From Tubiluchus corallicola (Eukaryota; Animalia; Priapulida): a DNA stretch of 64,000 bases. The translations under genes and the position numbers were made by a program. Positions 23,001 through 34,200 of this stretch are shown piece after piece; within the stretch, counting starts at the first letter, position 1, and every line of letters begins with the position of its first letter. The stretch lies in the NCBI GenBank assembly GCA_030141605.1, contig JAQGDQ010000151.1, forward strand, positions 1-64,000, given 5' to 3'. A model generated the notes under the pieces. It did no database searches, was not told the origin of the DNA, and saw only the letters and a list, made by a program, of their open reading frames with translations.

Positions 23001-23791
23001 TGCAAGATATTGACCTGCCATGTAAGGATAATCTTCACCTAGACTTAGGTCTACTAATTGGACAAGATAACCCCGATGCATTAGCTCCTATTGAGTTCAG
23101 ACGTGGACCTCTGAGTGCACCTTGGGCTACCAAAACGAGATTAGGTTGGACTTTGAATGGACCAGTTGGTTCTAATAAACGGAAAACCATCTGGTGTAAC
23201 TCTATTCAGACTGGTAGCGATGACCTGGAAGAACTAGTGGAGAGGTTTTGGAAGCTAGAATCTTATACAGATGAGACTAAATTTTCGATTGAAGATAAAA
23301 GGGCCTTAAAGATTTGGGAGGACTCTGCTGTTCTGATGCCAGATGGTCATTATCAAATGAATATCCCATTTAGGTCAGAGAACCCTCAACTGCCAGATAA
23401 TTTAGTCATGGCTGAAACACGTCTTGAGAATTTGCGCAAAAGGCTTCAACGAGACAAAGTTCTTCGTGAAAAGTATACACAAGAAATTACCACGCTGTTG
23501 GACAGTGGGCATGCTGAACCAGTCGAAAATAACGACATTGGAATACCCGGAAAGGTGTGGTATCTACCCCACTTTGCAGTTCACCAAGAATCTCGTCCAG
23601 AAAAAACCAGAGTTGTGTTTGATTGTCGAGCCAGTTTTGCAGGAACTACATTGAACAAGGTTGTTCTACAAGGACCTGACTTTACAAATAAGCTGCTGGG
23701 TGTATTGTTAAGATTCAGAGAAAATCCAATAGCAGTCACAGCAGATATACAGAAGATGTTTTATCAGGTGAGGATTCCTATGGTGGCCTGA
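20063..23791 (+). CDS. BEL/Pao Gag-Pol N-terminal polyprotein: SAP domain, coiled coil, glycogenin (GT8), PAM2-like motif, DUF1759-type Gag, 3 zinc knuckles, aspartic protease, start of RT
   Basis: SAP: LEKKTVKELREILKEKGLSTAGLKEQLISRL. GT8: VTLATND, SKLYCW, AAPDVGWPDLFNSGVFV, FDGGDQGLLN, HFIGDIKPW. Gag: LPVFNG...ERYG. Knuckles: CKLCERFHSLQAC, CFNCLKPNHTSRAC, CDVCKRKHSVFLH. Protease: ALLDNGS. RT: YLPH, RVVFD, ADIQKMF. The frame is lost near 23770 by a small deletion. Confidence 0.95.
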   Translation: MDDLEKKTVKELREILKEKGLSTAGLKEQLISRLRNAMAQGESDSEQAASSLKSARNAQSVKTVAHSAASSASVRLAAAEAKKPSLLIQRQALVDQAKLEEEELKLEQMKKNLDLERKRLEIDRKVQEAEAHAAIYAQFEEARSKRSDTFGKEKVTDWVNRVKGKDNAILDQVYVTLATNDTYAKSALVLAQTLKDSGTRRSLVIMVTQKGVSPALVTLLQDVFDEVEEIEEWRSGDNDAVLLQQHPELEVTYSKLYCWSLTRYNKGVFMESDTIVLQNIDELFQNEEFAAAPDVGWPDLFNSGVFVFKPSMGTYRQLISFAASHSSFDGGDQGLLNKFFSSWTRLSFVYNVTTASTYGYFLTLSEFRDRLKVIHFIGDIKPWHYSYDERTGAIVYSYGQGYAHKEEYVRRWWKIFSVKVKPFLSSYAHEEVLLSMNPHATEYKPEPKAEFDSVERASAPRCYRCCDPQMHAYPETTPRFDVRPHQTYNVSSPQMERTPLMIRQPHTGTASPLTYNFPLPSIELPVFNGNELDYTRFIRRFETTVENYTTDSVARLALLVQFCSEKVRKYIDCCLNMEPNIGYERAKQMLKERYGDEFIITQAWIRKITEFKIIKASEPEVLRDYADTLRCCFKSLAAMGHLAEINTQGNLAKIIDKLPVHQHATWRKEVYKIRASGKEPRITDVVKFVEMIAKVENDHIYRRKSQEIPERSKTKLRYNPVRNFASSSSLPQREDVDQSQQKQFPCKLCERFHSLQACPKFKHLSISERQEIVKQHSLCFNCLKPNHTSRACRSTRRCDVCKRKHSVFLHLRSEEQCKKLQGGQKTEVPKAPVPVPSVKEESTTPHQRFEKPGSNAQSGYIDIDANPGKGTALPILPVLVNIPGKQPIKTLALLDNGSTNTFCSEKLYQELGIKGRNDFLSLTTLQGKESKTPTKIVRLQVMPCDGSNCINLPIVFTRPSLMMDAESLPDVKHIERWPHLQDIDLPCKDNLHLDLGLLIGQDNPDALAPIEFRRGPLSAPWATKTRLGWTLNGPVGSNKRKTIWCNSIQTGSDDLEELVERFWKLESYTDETKFSIEDKRALKIWEDSAVLMPDGHYQMNIPFRSENPQLPDNLVMAETRLENLRKRLQRDKVLREKYTQEITTLLDSGHAEPVENNDIGIPGKVWYLPHFAVHQESRPEKTRVVFDCRASFAGTTLNKVVLQGPDFTNKLLGVLLRFRENPIAVTADIQKMFYQVRIPMVA
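20573..21335 (+). other. Captured glycogenin catalytic domain within Gag (about aa 171-424)
   Basis: Colinear with animal glycogenin-1 as I recall it, from DQAFVTLTTND (here DQVYVTLATND) to WWNIFTTNVLPLL (here WWKIFSVKVKPFL). Confidence 0.93.
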
Positions 23792-26750
23792 TGGGGATTT
23801 GGAAAAGACGCCTAAAGTTTACAGAATGACTGTACATGTATTTGGGGGTGTATGGTGTCCGAGCATAACCACCTTCTCACTTCAAAGAACCGCCAAGGAG
23901 AACCGCAGTTTGTATGAAGAATCGGTCATCCAGACAATTCTTAGGAACTTCTATGTAGACGATTGTTTGTCCTCCTTTAAGACGAATGAGGAAGCTATCC
24001 ATACTGTTCAACAGTTATTAGAGCTTCTGCATCTCGGCGGATTTCACTTGACCAAGTGGAGCAGCAATAGTAAACAGGTTATCCAGTCCATACCCCCAGA
24101 TGAAAGAGGAAAGCAGATCAAGGATCTAGATTTAGAAGCCAGCTCTTTACCCACTGAAAAGGTGCTCGGAATCTGCTGGAACATGGAAACTGACATGCTC
24201 ACCATCCAGATTAAAGACAAGATCAAGCCAGCAACCCGTCGAGGACTTCTGAGCTTACTGTCTTCAGTATATGATCCGCTTGGTATGTATATTGAATGCA
24301 AATATCCTTCAAGCTAAGCTACTATTCCAAGAAGAATGCCGGCAAGGCAAAGGCTGGGATGATGAACTTCAGCCTCAAGTAAGGAGACAGTGGACAAACT
24401 GGCTATCTGTGTTGCAGAATTTGCAAGCAGTTCAACTTGACCGCTGTTATACACCTTCACAGTTTGGAGATGTAGAGGTATACCAACTGCATCATTTTTC
24501 AGATGCCTCTGAAAAGGCATATGGAACTGTGACTTACCTTCGAATGACAAATTCATCTGGAGATGTATTATGCAGTTTCGTCATAAGCAAATCCCGTCTT
24601 GCGCCTTTAAGAGGTGGAATATCAATGCCTCGTCTGGAGCTTTCAGCTGCTGTGCTGTCAGCCAAGATAGATCACATGCTAAGGAAGGAATTCACCATAA
24701 AACTAGCTGAATCAGTTTTCTGGACCGATAGCACCATCACTTTGGGATACATAAACAATATATCCGCCCGATATAAAACATTTGTGTCAAATAGAGTGGC
24801 AATCATCCATGACTTGTCTTCACCACATCAGTGGCGTCATGTGCCTGGAAATGAAAACCCTGCCAATGATGCGTCTAGGGGTCTGCCTGCAGATAAACTT
24901 GTAGCTGATACACGTTGGCTGCATGGACCTTCCTTTTTGTATGAACCAGAAGCCAGCTGGCCATGTTTCAAAGTAGAAAGGGCAATAGAAATTTCTGATC
25001 CAGAACTAAAGAAAAATCAGTCACAGGCTTATGCAGCTGTTTGTCGACATGATGATGTTATAGACAAGCTGTACCAACATTACAGTTCTTTCTATCTTTC
25101 TACAGGCTAAAGAAAGCAGTGGCATGGTTGAAAATAACGACATTGGAATACCCGGAAAGGTGTGGTATCTACCCCACTTTGCAGTTCACCAAGAATCTCG
25201 TCCAGAAAAAACCAGAGTTGTGTTTGATTGTCGAGCCAGTTTTGCAGGAACTACATTGAACAAGGTTGTTCTACAAGGTCCTGATCTTACAAATAAGCTG
25301 CTGGGTGTATTGTTAAGATTCAGAGAAAATCCAATAGCAGTCACAGCAGATATACAGAAGATGTTTTATCAGGTGAGGGTGCCTCCTAAAGATCGGAATG
25401 TCCTGAGATTCCTATGGTGGCCTGATGGGGATTTGTTTACAGTTTAAGAATGACTATACATGTATTTGGGGGTGTATGGTGTCCGAGCATAGCCACCTTC
25501 TCACTCCAAAGAACCGCCAAGGAGAACCGCAGTTTGTATGAAGAATCGGTCGTCCAGACAATTCTTAGGAACTTCTATGTAGACGATTGTTTGTCCTCCT
25601 TTAAGACGAATGAGGAAGCTATTCATACTGTTCAGCAGTTATTAGAGCTTCTGCATCTTGGCGGATTTCACTTGACCAAGTGGAGCAGCAATAGTAAACA
25701 GGTTATCCAGTCCATAGCCCCAGATGAAAGAGGAAAGCAGATCAAGGATCTAGATTTAGAAGCCAGCTCTTTACCCACTGAAAAGGTGCTCGGAATCTGC
25801 TGGAACATGGAAACTGACATGTTCACCATCCAGATTAAAGACAAGATCAAGCCAGCAACCCGCCGAGGACTTCAGAGCTTACTGTCTTCAGTATATGATC
25901 CGCTTGGTATATTGAATCCAAATATCCTTCAAGCTAAGTTACTATTCCAAGAAGAATGCCGGCAAGGCAAAGGCTGGGATGATGAACTTCAGCCTCAAGT
26001 AAGGAGACAATGGATAAACTGGCTATCCGAGTTGCAGAATTTGCAAGCAGTTCAACTTGACCGCTGTTATACACCTTCACAGTTTGGAGATGTAGAGGTA
26101 TACCAACTACATCATTTTTTAGATGCCTCTGAAAAGGCATATGGAACTGTGACTTACCTTCGAATGACAAATTCATCTGGAGATGTATTATGCAGTTTCG
26201 TCATAAGCAAATCCCGTCTTGCGCCTTTAAGAGGTGGAATATCAATGCCTCGTCTGGAGCTTTCAGCTGCTGTGCTGTCAGCCAAGATAGATCACATGCT
26301 AAGGAAGGAATTCACCATAAAACTAACTGAATCAGTTTTCTGGATCGATAGCACCATCACTTTGGGATACATAAACAATGTATCCGCGCGATATAAAACA
26401 TTTGTGTCAAATAGAGTGGCAATCATCCATGACTTGTCTTCACCACATCAGTGGCGTCATGTGCCTGGAAATGAAAACCCTGCCAATGATGCGTCTAGGG
26501 GTCTGCCTGCAGATAAACTTGTAGCTGATACACGTTGGCTGCATGGACCTTCCTTTTTGTATGAACCAGAAGCCAGCTGGCCATGTTTCAAAGTAGAAAG
26601 GGCAATAGAAATTTCTGATCCAGAACTAAAGAAAAATCAGTCACAGGCTTATGCAGCTGTTTGTCGACATGATGATGTTATAGACAAGCTGTACCAACAT
26701 TACAGTTCTTTCTATCTTTCTACAGGCTAAAGAAAGCAGTGGCATGGTTG
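23525..26750 (+). repeat. Internal tandem duplication (~1.6 kb) of the RT-RNase H region: copy 1 ~23525-25130, copy 2 ~25130-26750
   Basis: Near-identical sequence and translations in both copies ([16 protein letters not shown]...YVDD...RLEL...YSSFYLSTG). Confidence 0.95.
25124..26730 (+). pseudogene. BEL/Pao RT and RNase H (copy 2, interrupted)
   Basis: ADIQKMF, LRFLW, NFYVDD, YDPLG, DASEKAYG, PRLEL, NPANDASRG; stop and frame break near 25445. Confidence 0.9.
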
Positions 26751-28166
26751 TTACGCTTGAAAGAGATCCTAAGAAATAGGCTTGGAAATCAACCAATCCA
26801 GCAAGCAAGATCCAACTTGACAGTAGAAGAACTGAAAGCCGCTGAGAATGCCATTATCAAGCACATCCAAAGATGTTACTTCTCTGAGGAATATGAAAGC
26901 TTGTCTATGGGACAACCGCTTCACAAAAGAAGTAAAATAGCTGCTTTAGATCCATACATCTCTACTGATGATACAATAAGAGTCGGTGGTCGACTCACTA
27001 GAGCATTTATCTGTGAGACTGCAAAGCATCCAGTGATTATTCCCAAGGATCACCAAGTTGCCACTTTGATTATTAGAAACTGTCATGAACAAAACGGCCA
27101 TGCCGGGCGAGAACACGTGGTGGCACTTATAAGGACTTCCTATTGGATTATTGGAATCAGGCCTCTAACTAAAAGAGTTCTTCGTGCCTGTCGCATTTGT
27201 CGTCGATTATTCGGGAAGTCGATGCAGCAAAAAATGTCTGATCTCCCAGTAGATCGCATCACGGGAGGTCGTGCCTTCAGCTCAGTTGGCATAGACTGTT
27301 TTGGTCCCTTTGAAGTGGTGAGAGGAAGAACAAGAGTAAAACGTTATGGTTGCATTTTTACCTGTGCCGCCATAAGAGCTGTGCATCTTGAAGTACTTGC
27401 CTCTATGGAGACTGATTCATTTATCCAAGCCTTGCACAGGTTCATTGCTAGCAGAGGTAAACCTGACATACTAAGATCTGACAGGGGAACTAACTTTACT
27501 GGTGCCGAAAAGGAACTACGGCAATCATTACAAGAGCTCGACCAAGAAAAGATCCACTGCAGCTTAAGACAGATGAACATCCAATGGATCTTCAATCCAC
27601 CCACAGCGTCACACTTTGGAGGGTTTTGGGAACGACTTATAAGATCCGTCAGGCGAATACTTGCGGGAGTGCTAAATCAACAGACAGTTGACGATGAGAG
27701 GTTAGCCACTCTCTTTTGTCTTGTAGAGTCCATACTAAACAGCAGACCACTTACAGTCACGTCAAGTGATTTCAGAGATGCCGAACCACTAACTCCGAAC
27801 CATCTGTTATTATTGCACTCCAACTCATTGTCAGCTCCTGGTATCTTCTCAATAGCTGACAGATACAAAAGAAAATGGCGCCAGACACAGTATGTTGCCG
27901 AACTTTTCTGGTCAAGATGGTATAAGGAATACCTTCCAACATTGCAATCCAGAACAAGATGGCTGAGAAAGCATAACAACTTGAAAGTTGGAGATGTAGT
28001 TCTCATTTGTGACAAAGTTCCCAGGAATCAGTGGGTTCTTGGATGTGTTGATGATGTTCATGCTAGTGATGATGGGATTATTCGATCTGTTACAGTAAAA
28101 GCCAGTAACAATGCTTCTTTAGTACGCCCCATTACTAAATTATGTTTAATTGAGAGCCTCGGATAG
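26739..28166 (+). CDS. BEL/Pao integrase plus DUF5641-type C-terminus (separated from RNase H by a frameshift)
   Basis: HHCC (HEQNGHAG...CRIC), DDE triad (GIDCFGP, SDRGTNF, FWERLI), LTPNHLL, FWSRWYKEYL, RPITKL. Confidence 0.92.
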   Translation: MAWLLRLKEILRNRLGNQPIQQARSNLTVEELKAAENAIIKHIQRCYFSEEYESLSMGQPLHKRSKIAALDPYISTDDTIRVGGRLTRAFICETAKHPVIIPKDHQVATLIIRNCHEQNGHAGREHVVALIRTSYWIIGIRPLTKRVLRACRICRRLFGKSMQQKMSDLPVDRITGGRAFSSVGIDCFGPFEVVRGRTRVKRYGCIFTCAAIRAVHLEVLASMETDSFIQALHRFIASRGKPDILRSDRGTNFTGAEKELRQSLQELDQEKIHCSLRQMNIQWIFNPPTASHFGGFWERLIRSVRRILAGVLNQQTVDDERLATLFCLVESILNSRPLTVTSSDFRDAEPLTPNHLLLLHSNSLSAPGIFSIADRYKRKWRQTQYVAELFWSRWYKEYLPTLQSRTRWLRKHNNLKVGDVVLICDKVPRNQWVLGCVDDVHASDDGIIRSVTVKASNNASLVRPITKLCLIESLG

Positions 28167-28247
28167 AAGCTCGTAGCAATATTTTTGTTATACTGTTTTG
28201 TTATAGGCATTATAAATAACTACTGTAAATGGAGTAAAACCCCATTT

Positions 28248-28257
28248 AAGGGGGGAG
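28248..28257 (+). promoter_or_regulatory. Polypurine tract of the BEL/Pao element
   Basis: aaggggggag directly abuts the TG of the 3' LTR. Confidence 0.85.
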
Positions 28258-28603
28258 TGTTAAGGCCAGTGTGAACCTGACTTAATAAATTTTAATTTTG
28301 TAGCGAAGGTGGCTCCATCTAGCTAGACAGTTTGAAGTGTGGGCATTGACCTAGTTACGTTTTTTCATTTATGCTGTGAACATGTGAGTGAACATGTGTC
28401 TTGTAGAAGCTAGTGAAATTTTCATTTAGATATATGCCGCAACGATGTAAGTTTACTTCTATTAATTTTTATTTTGATTTATTCATTGATATTTATGAAT
28501 GGACTAAACTATGTAACAATCTATCTAAATTAGCTTTCTATTTTTTTTGTTTAAAATGTTGCAGAAATAAAGATCAGTGGTTTATCTCTCAGAGACACTA
28601 ACA
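28258..28603 (+). repeat. 3' LTR of the BEL/Pao element
   Basis: tgttaaggccagtgtgaacctgac...cagagacactaaca. Confidence 0.92.
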
Positions 28604-29599
28604 CAGAGCATGTGGTTTAAAAACAAAAAAAAACCACTAGGTCATTCAAGTAATAAATTAAACAATTTGACTATGGTTATATAATGCAACCGCACATTCT
28701 ACATTATACTAGGCTTAGAATCATTAGAAAGAAAATAGTTGGGACAAAACCCAAAACATTGTAAGCTGATCAAACAAGTCTGGGTAAATGTATTACCAAT
28801 AATCTAAACAAGAAATTAACTTTACCTAACGTAATAAAATTAAAACGATCTAACAGTTACATTAGCTTGCATCTCAGTCAGTGGCATTAGAACAGTGCTG
28901 TTCCAAAGGTGTAGTGTGATGCTTCAGATCTTCCAAACTAAACTATATTACTCCCTCCGGTCAGTTTTATGAAAACTCAGCCATCACCGGTCCATGTGGT
29001 TCACTTTTTCATGTTTGCCATCTCCCTTGTATGTTTATAGATGCGAGCACTTAAACCCAACAAGGTTTGTAAATTCTGTTGTTGTTCTTGCTTCATCCTT
29101 TATCTCTCTTTCGTTCATTAACATATGGAGTGCAGTAAGTTGACTCAAAATTTTGTCCAATTTTTGGTCCTGAGTTCTATGGTTCTAACTTATACGGTTT
29201 CAATATGTGAAATAATATTCATGTCTTCTGATTGTTTATTAGCTGACCATAATGAGCTTTGTTTATCGTCTTGCTTTGGCATTTCTCATATTATTCAGTA
29301 CGAACGTATCATCAGTATCAAAAGCGTAAACACTCATAAGTAATAGCCGTAATACATGTAAAACACGACTCCAACTAGCTATCGCATAGTGCGAGAGGTA
29401 CAGTATCGCACTAGGTGAAGCACATGTCTGCCCGCTGTGCTGGCTCAAATCTGACTATCAGCAGTACTAATTAACAGTAGTCTTATTTCTTGAAGTACGG
29501 ACCTGTCTAATTATTTCACTCAAGCATAACAAAGACTGCAAAACAATGCGTACAGTCAGGGCTCCTTGATGCGATTCCTCTAGTCTAGTGAGTGATTTA

Positions 29600-31150
29600 C
29601 GGGATTACTCATCTAAAGAACAAGCTTGTGAATTGGTCTGTCATATACAAATTTGTGGTCCTTATTTCAACCTTACGTACAATGATCCTCTCCAGGATAA
29701 GCTTCTGTGACTCTTGGCATGGGCCAATGACATCGTGGCAGGGTTTCATCAACCTTTAGAACTGTCGCCAATACATAGGTTTCTTTAGCGCTGTATCCAG
29801 TTTTGCCTTTTTTGGAGTATAAGGAGGAATTTCTTATGTATAAGTAGGAATTTCTTATGTCAGGACTTTCAAAACTCGTTTGCAAGGAACTAAACTCGCC
29901 TCCATTGTCGGTGACGATACAAGTCTCTCAGAAAATGTCCAGGTGGTGGAGAAACAACATCTGCCTTTAGAGTAAGAATCTGACTCTACTCTACTGACAA
30001 AAGGCATTGCTTACATAAATTCACAGGATACACTATTTTCCTAGAAAGACGAGCTTTCCAAATACAACCACCCATGTGAGTCAGAGCATCTTTGTCTATA
30101 AATAGATCCAGTCGGCAGAGTGAACTACTTTTCTTCACTTGTGAAGTAGACCGCTTATTGCTTGAAAGGCTTGTGCCACTCCAAAAAAGCAAACTCCTCA
30201 GAAAATGCTTGCCTTTGTACAAAACCTAAATTTCCTTTTTCTGCCTCTCGCATTTCATCAACAGTGACTGGAACTTAGGTATTGCATATTGCATTTCTTT
30301 TAGTACTGCATTCTAACAGCTTTTTCTTTAAATGTAGGCATACTGCTATCGCTTTTTTAGCCTTGTACCAACTAGAAAACAAATTCAACTGGGATAGGAT
30401 ATCAGGCAATGCAACTGCTCGTGTTTTATGACTAGCTTTTCTAACCTTTTGGATCTAAGCCAGGAAAAGATTGACTAGGTAGTGGAGCTATGGCTTGAAG
30501 AATTGGAGGGCCTTTCTACTCAGCTCATTGTGCATCAATTCACTGGCTGTTGAACCTCGTGAAGCTATGTCAGCCGGATTGTCAGAAGTGCTAATATGCC
30601 TCCATTATATTGGGGATGTATGCTCTCTAATTTTTTCAACTCGGTTTGCCACATAGCATAGTGAAATCATTTAGATTCGTTGGAGATGTAGCCTAAGGCT
30701 ATATTGCTGTTTGACCAATAGTAGTGGTGCTTGACCAGATTATGAAAAAACTGGAGCTCCTCGTCCAGAAAAACACTATTTTTAACTGCTGTGGCGGCAG
30801 CAATGAGCTCTAATAGTAATAGTAATAGACTTCGTAAGGGCAACTCGAGATTTTGTCATTACTACGGATGTAGCAACCAATTATTAACTACACTCACCAT
30901 AACCACTCAAAAGCAGGTGTCGGAAAAATGGTGTAGTTCTACATACTTAACAGTGCCGTAATTCTGTGGCTTGTAACACCTGGGAATCTTAAGTTGCAAT
31001 CACGTCATTTCGCCACTTAGTCCATTGATGTCTAACATCATCATTTAGTGGCTCATCTCAGTCATGTCCATCATGGGATATATCTTGCAGATATTTTCGG
31101 CCAATATATATTAAAGGGGAAACTACGCCTAGACAATCAAAGAGAACTTA
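29600..31150 (-). mobile_element. Degenerate BEL/Pao pol fragment, minus strand
   Basis: Minus-strand ELHHFSD, VMTKSRVA, LELIAAATAV, WRHISTSDNPADIASRG, and the DUF5641-like VDETLPRCHWPMPRVTEAYPGED. Confidence 0.8.
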
Positions 31151-31227
31151 CTGCTGACAAGATTCCTCTCCAAGTAAGTGGTTTGTAACTGGTAAGAAAT
31201 ATTGCACACTATGGGAGAAATAGCAAA

Positions 31228-34200
31228 ATGTTGGAGAAAACTTCACTTTTGCAACGCTTGCTACCTATAACTACTCCTGAACTTTTTAAAGGTGACAGTG
31301 ACAAGTTAAAATTCTGCCTTTGGGAGGCAAGCTTCGAAAGCTTAATTTCACAAGTGCCTATTCCTGGTGAGATAAATTCACATCACATATGCCACTATTT
31401 GCCACTAGCTGGAGATGCACTGGGTGTTGTAGAACACTATAGGTATTTGCTGGGTGACCCAGTATCTGCTTACTATCAAGCTGGAGAAGAATTGCTTCAA
31501 CGCTATGGTTCAGAAAGCACAATCGCTGCTGAAATAAAGAGGAAAATTCTATACGAGCCCAGGTTGCCAATTGCTGATTTTTTTAAATGAGATGTTAGGA
31601 TTCAGCAATACAATGCTAGGGCTAAGTATTTTTAATTATCCATCTTATGTAATATATATATATATAAATTTCCATTATTGTGGATGAGTACTAAGTGGAA
31701 AAAGGAAGTAGCAAGTTATAAAGAGAATTATGGTTCAGCAATGCACCCTCAGTTTAAAGATCTTGTACAGTTTGTTAACAAACAGGCTAATACAGGTAAC
31801 CTTCCTGAGTACCTTGATAATGAAGATAATAAGAATGATAATCGAAAGGACAATGTACGTAAACAGTGCAAACTAGCTGGTTCTTACAGGTGCTCAGACA
31901 GTAGAGTTTTTAGTACCAGTGTTAACAAACTAGAGTTACCAAATACTGCTGTATGCAATGTAACTTTGTCTACTAATTTTACTCAGTCGTCTGTCTAACG
32001 TGGCCCAGTGTGTAACCAGAAACATGATCTGGAAGTACTTCTACTCAAGTTCGCTTCGTGTATGATGCTAGTGAGAAGAACAAAGCTGACGGTAAAAGCT
32101 TGAACAACCTAATACATGCTGGACCATATCTACTTACTAACCTGGTTGGAATTTTACTACGTTTTCGCCTTTTTGAAATCATCATGCTAGCAGACATTGA
32201 AGAAGCATTCCATCAAGCTTCACTAGTGGAAGAGACAGAGATACTGTCAGATTTCTATGGCTGAAAGATCCATCACAGCCTGATGGACAACATCAAGGTA
32301 TATTGCCTTACCAGACTTCCATTTAGTGTCAATGCATCTCCATTTTTACTACTAGCTACTATCACTTACAAGGAGAAGACCCTATGGAGATATTCCAGTC
32401 AGCAAAGAACATACAATATGGCAGCAATGAATTTACGCCAGTGGCTTTCAAATGATCTCAAGTTTAATGAAGCCTACCACAATGGGACCATCCACAAGGT
32501 ACTACAGTGAAAGTACTGAGAATTATTTGTGATGCTGCTAATAATGTAATAAGACTACAGTACAATTTCTACCACTAGAAGTGTATACCAGAAGACCAGC
32601 AATGTAACAGCTTGCTAGACTATATGATCCGCTTGGAATCTACCTGCCAGTAACCATCAAAGGAAAGATTTTGCTACACAGAAGTACGGTCTGGACGAGC
32701 CAGTTACAGTTACGGTTTTAGAGTGACAGAAATTAGAAGAAGAACTGAAAAACATTCCACAAATAACACTTCCATGCAGTGTCATCGTGGATAAACAAGT
32801 TCATGTTCAACTACTATGTCTCACAGATGCCAGTAAAGATGCAGGTGCATATATTCATCAACGTTTAGATAACCACGTTATATCCTCATTAACATTTGCG
32901 AAGTCTCAGGTAGCGACATTGAGAGTTAGTCAAACTCTACCATGGCTAGAACTAGAAGCCATGGGATGCAGGATGCTTCGATTTGTAGAAAAGCAGATTG
33001 ATCAACCATTGCTAGATAAACACTTATGGACAGAGTCACAAATTGTGCTCTGTTGGATTCACTCAACCAAAGTTTTACTACCCTATATAGAAAGACGCCG
33101 AAGTGAAATAATGTCTATGGATGATATCCAGTTTAGATACATCAACACTAAAGCCAATCCTGCTTATTGGGGCACATGCGGAATCTCAGCAAAGAAATTA
33201 TGTGAGTGCAACTGGATTTGTGGACCAGAATGGTTATCACTAGAGACTGAACAGTGGCCAAAATGGAGTACAAACACCAACATACAGTTGCCAAAGTTGA
33301 GTCATTCAAGAGAAACACTGACAGCTTTAGTTACAGTAATGGAGGAGAGACCTGCCGTTTACCCCTTTGGTATAGATGTTAATAACTTCAGCGACTATGA
33401 CTAGCTCTGAAGAGTAACCAGCTACTGCCAGAGATTCATGGGACAGGTGCCACAAAAAGAAGATACCAGAATCAATAATATCACTGCAGATAAGATGATT
33501 GAAGTACATACGATGTGGATTAAACAAGTTCAACAGGATTGCTTCTCAATCGAATTCAAGCTTCTACACCATGGCAAATTTAATCAACTGATAAAACAAC
33601 TAGGTCTCCACACTGACAAAGGTGTTTTATGCTGGGGGGGGGAAGCTTGCTAATGCAATCACCGATCAATCAATGTTTCCAATTCTGCTACCTAGATGTC
33701 ATTTTACAGAGCTAATCACCACAAAAGCTCACAGGAGAACCTTGCATTCTGGAGTTAAAGCTACTCTAGCTGAGATTTAACAAACAATATTGGATTCCAC
33801 AAGGTTATACAACAGTGTGGAAAACTTTGTCTAAGTGTCTCCTATGCCAAAAGAATCAAGGAGGAACATTCAAACCACCAAAATGGCTCAACTACCAATG
33901 GAACGTCTCTGCAGGGCACCGGCATTTTAATTTACAGGGATGGATTACATAGGACCAATGCTCATTCATGCCAAGCCAGGTGAATATCATGAGAAGAGAT
34001 GGGTAGCATTTTATGCACTTGCTTCACAACACGGGTGGTCCAGTTGGAAATTGTTCAGAATTAGTCAGCAAGGGCCACTGTTCAAGCAATATTTCGCTTC
34101 ATTAGCAGAAGAGGTTGTCCAGCAGTTATCCTGAGTGACAACACTACATATTTCAGGAAGACTGAAGCACTGCTGATGCAATATTTTGCATAACAACGAA

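Larger units (their letters stand above)
18951..28603 (+). mobile_element. Full-length BEL/Pao LTR retrotransposon carrying a glycogenin domain in Gag
   Basis: Two related LTRs (TGTTA...TAACA), PPT before the 3' LTR, and domain order gag-PR-RT-RH-IN-DUF5641 with the BEL triple zinc knuckle. Confidence 0.95.
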
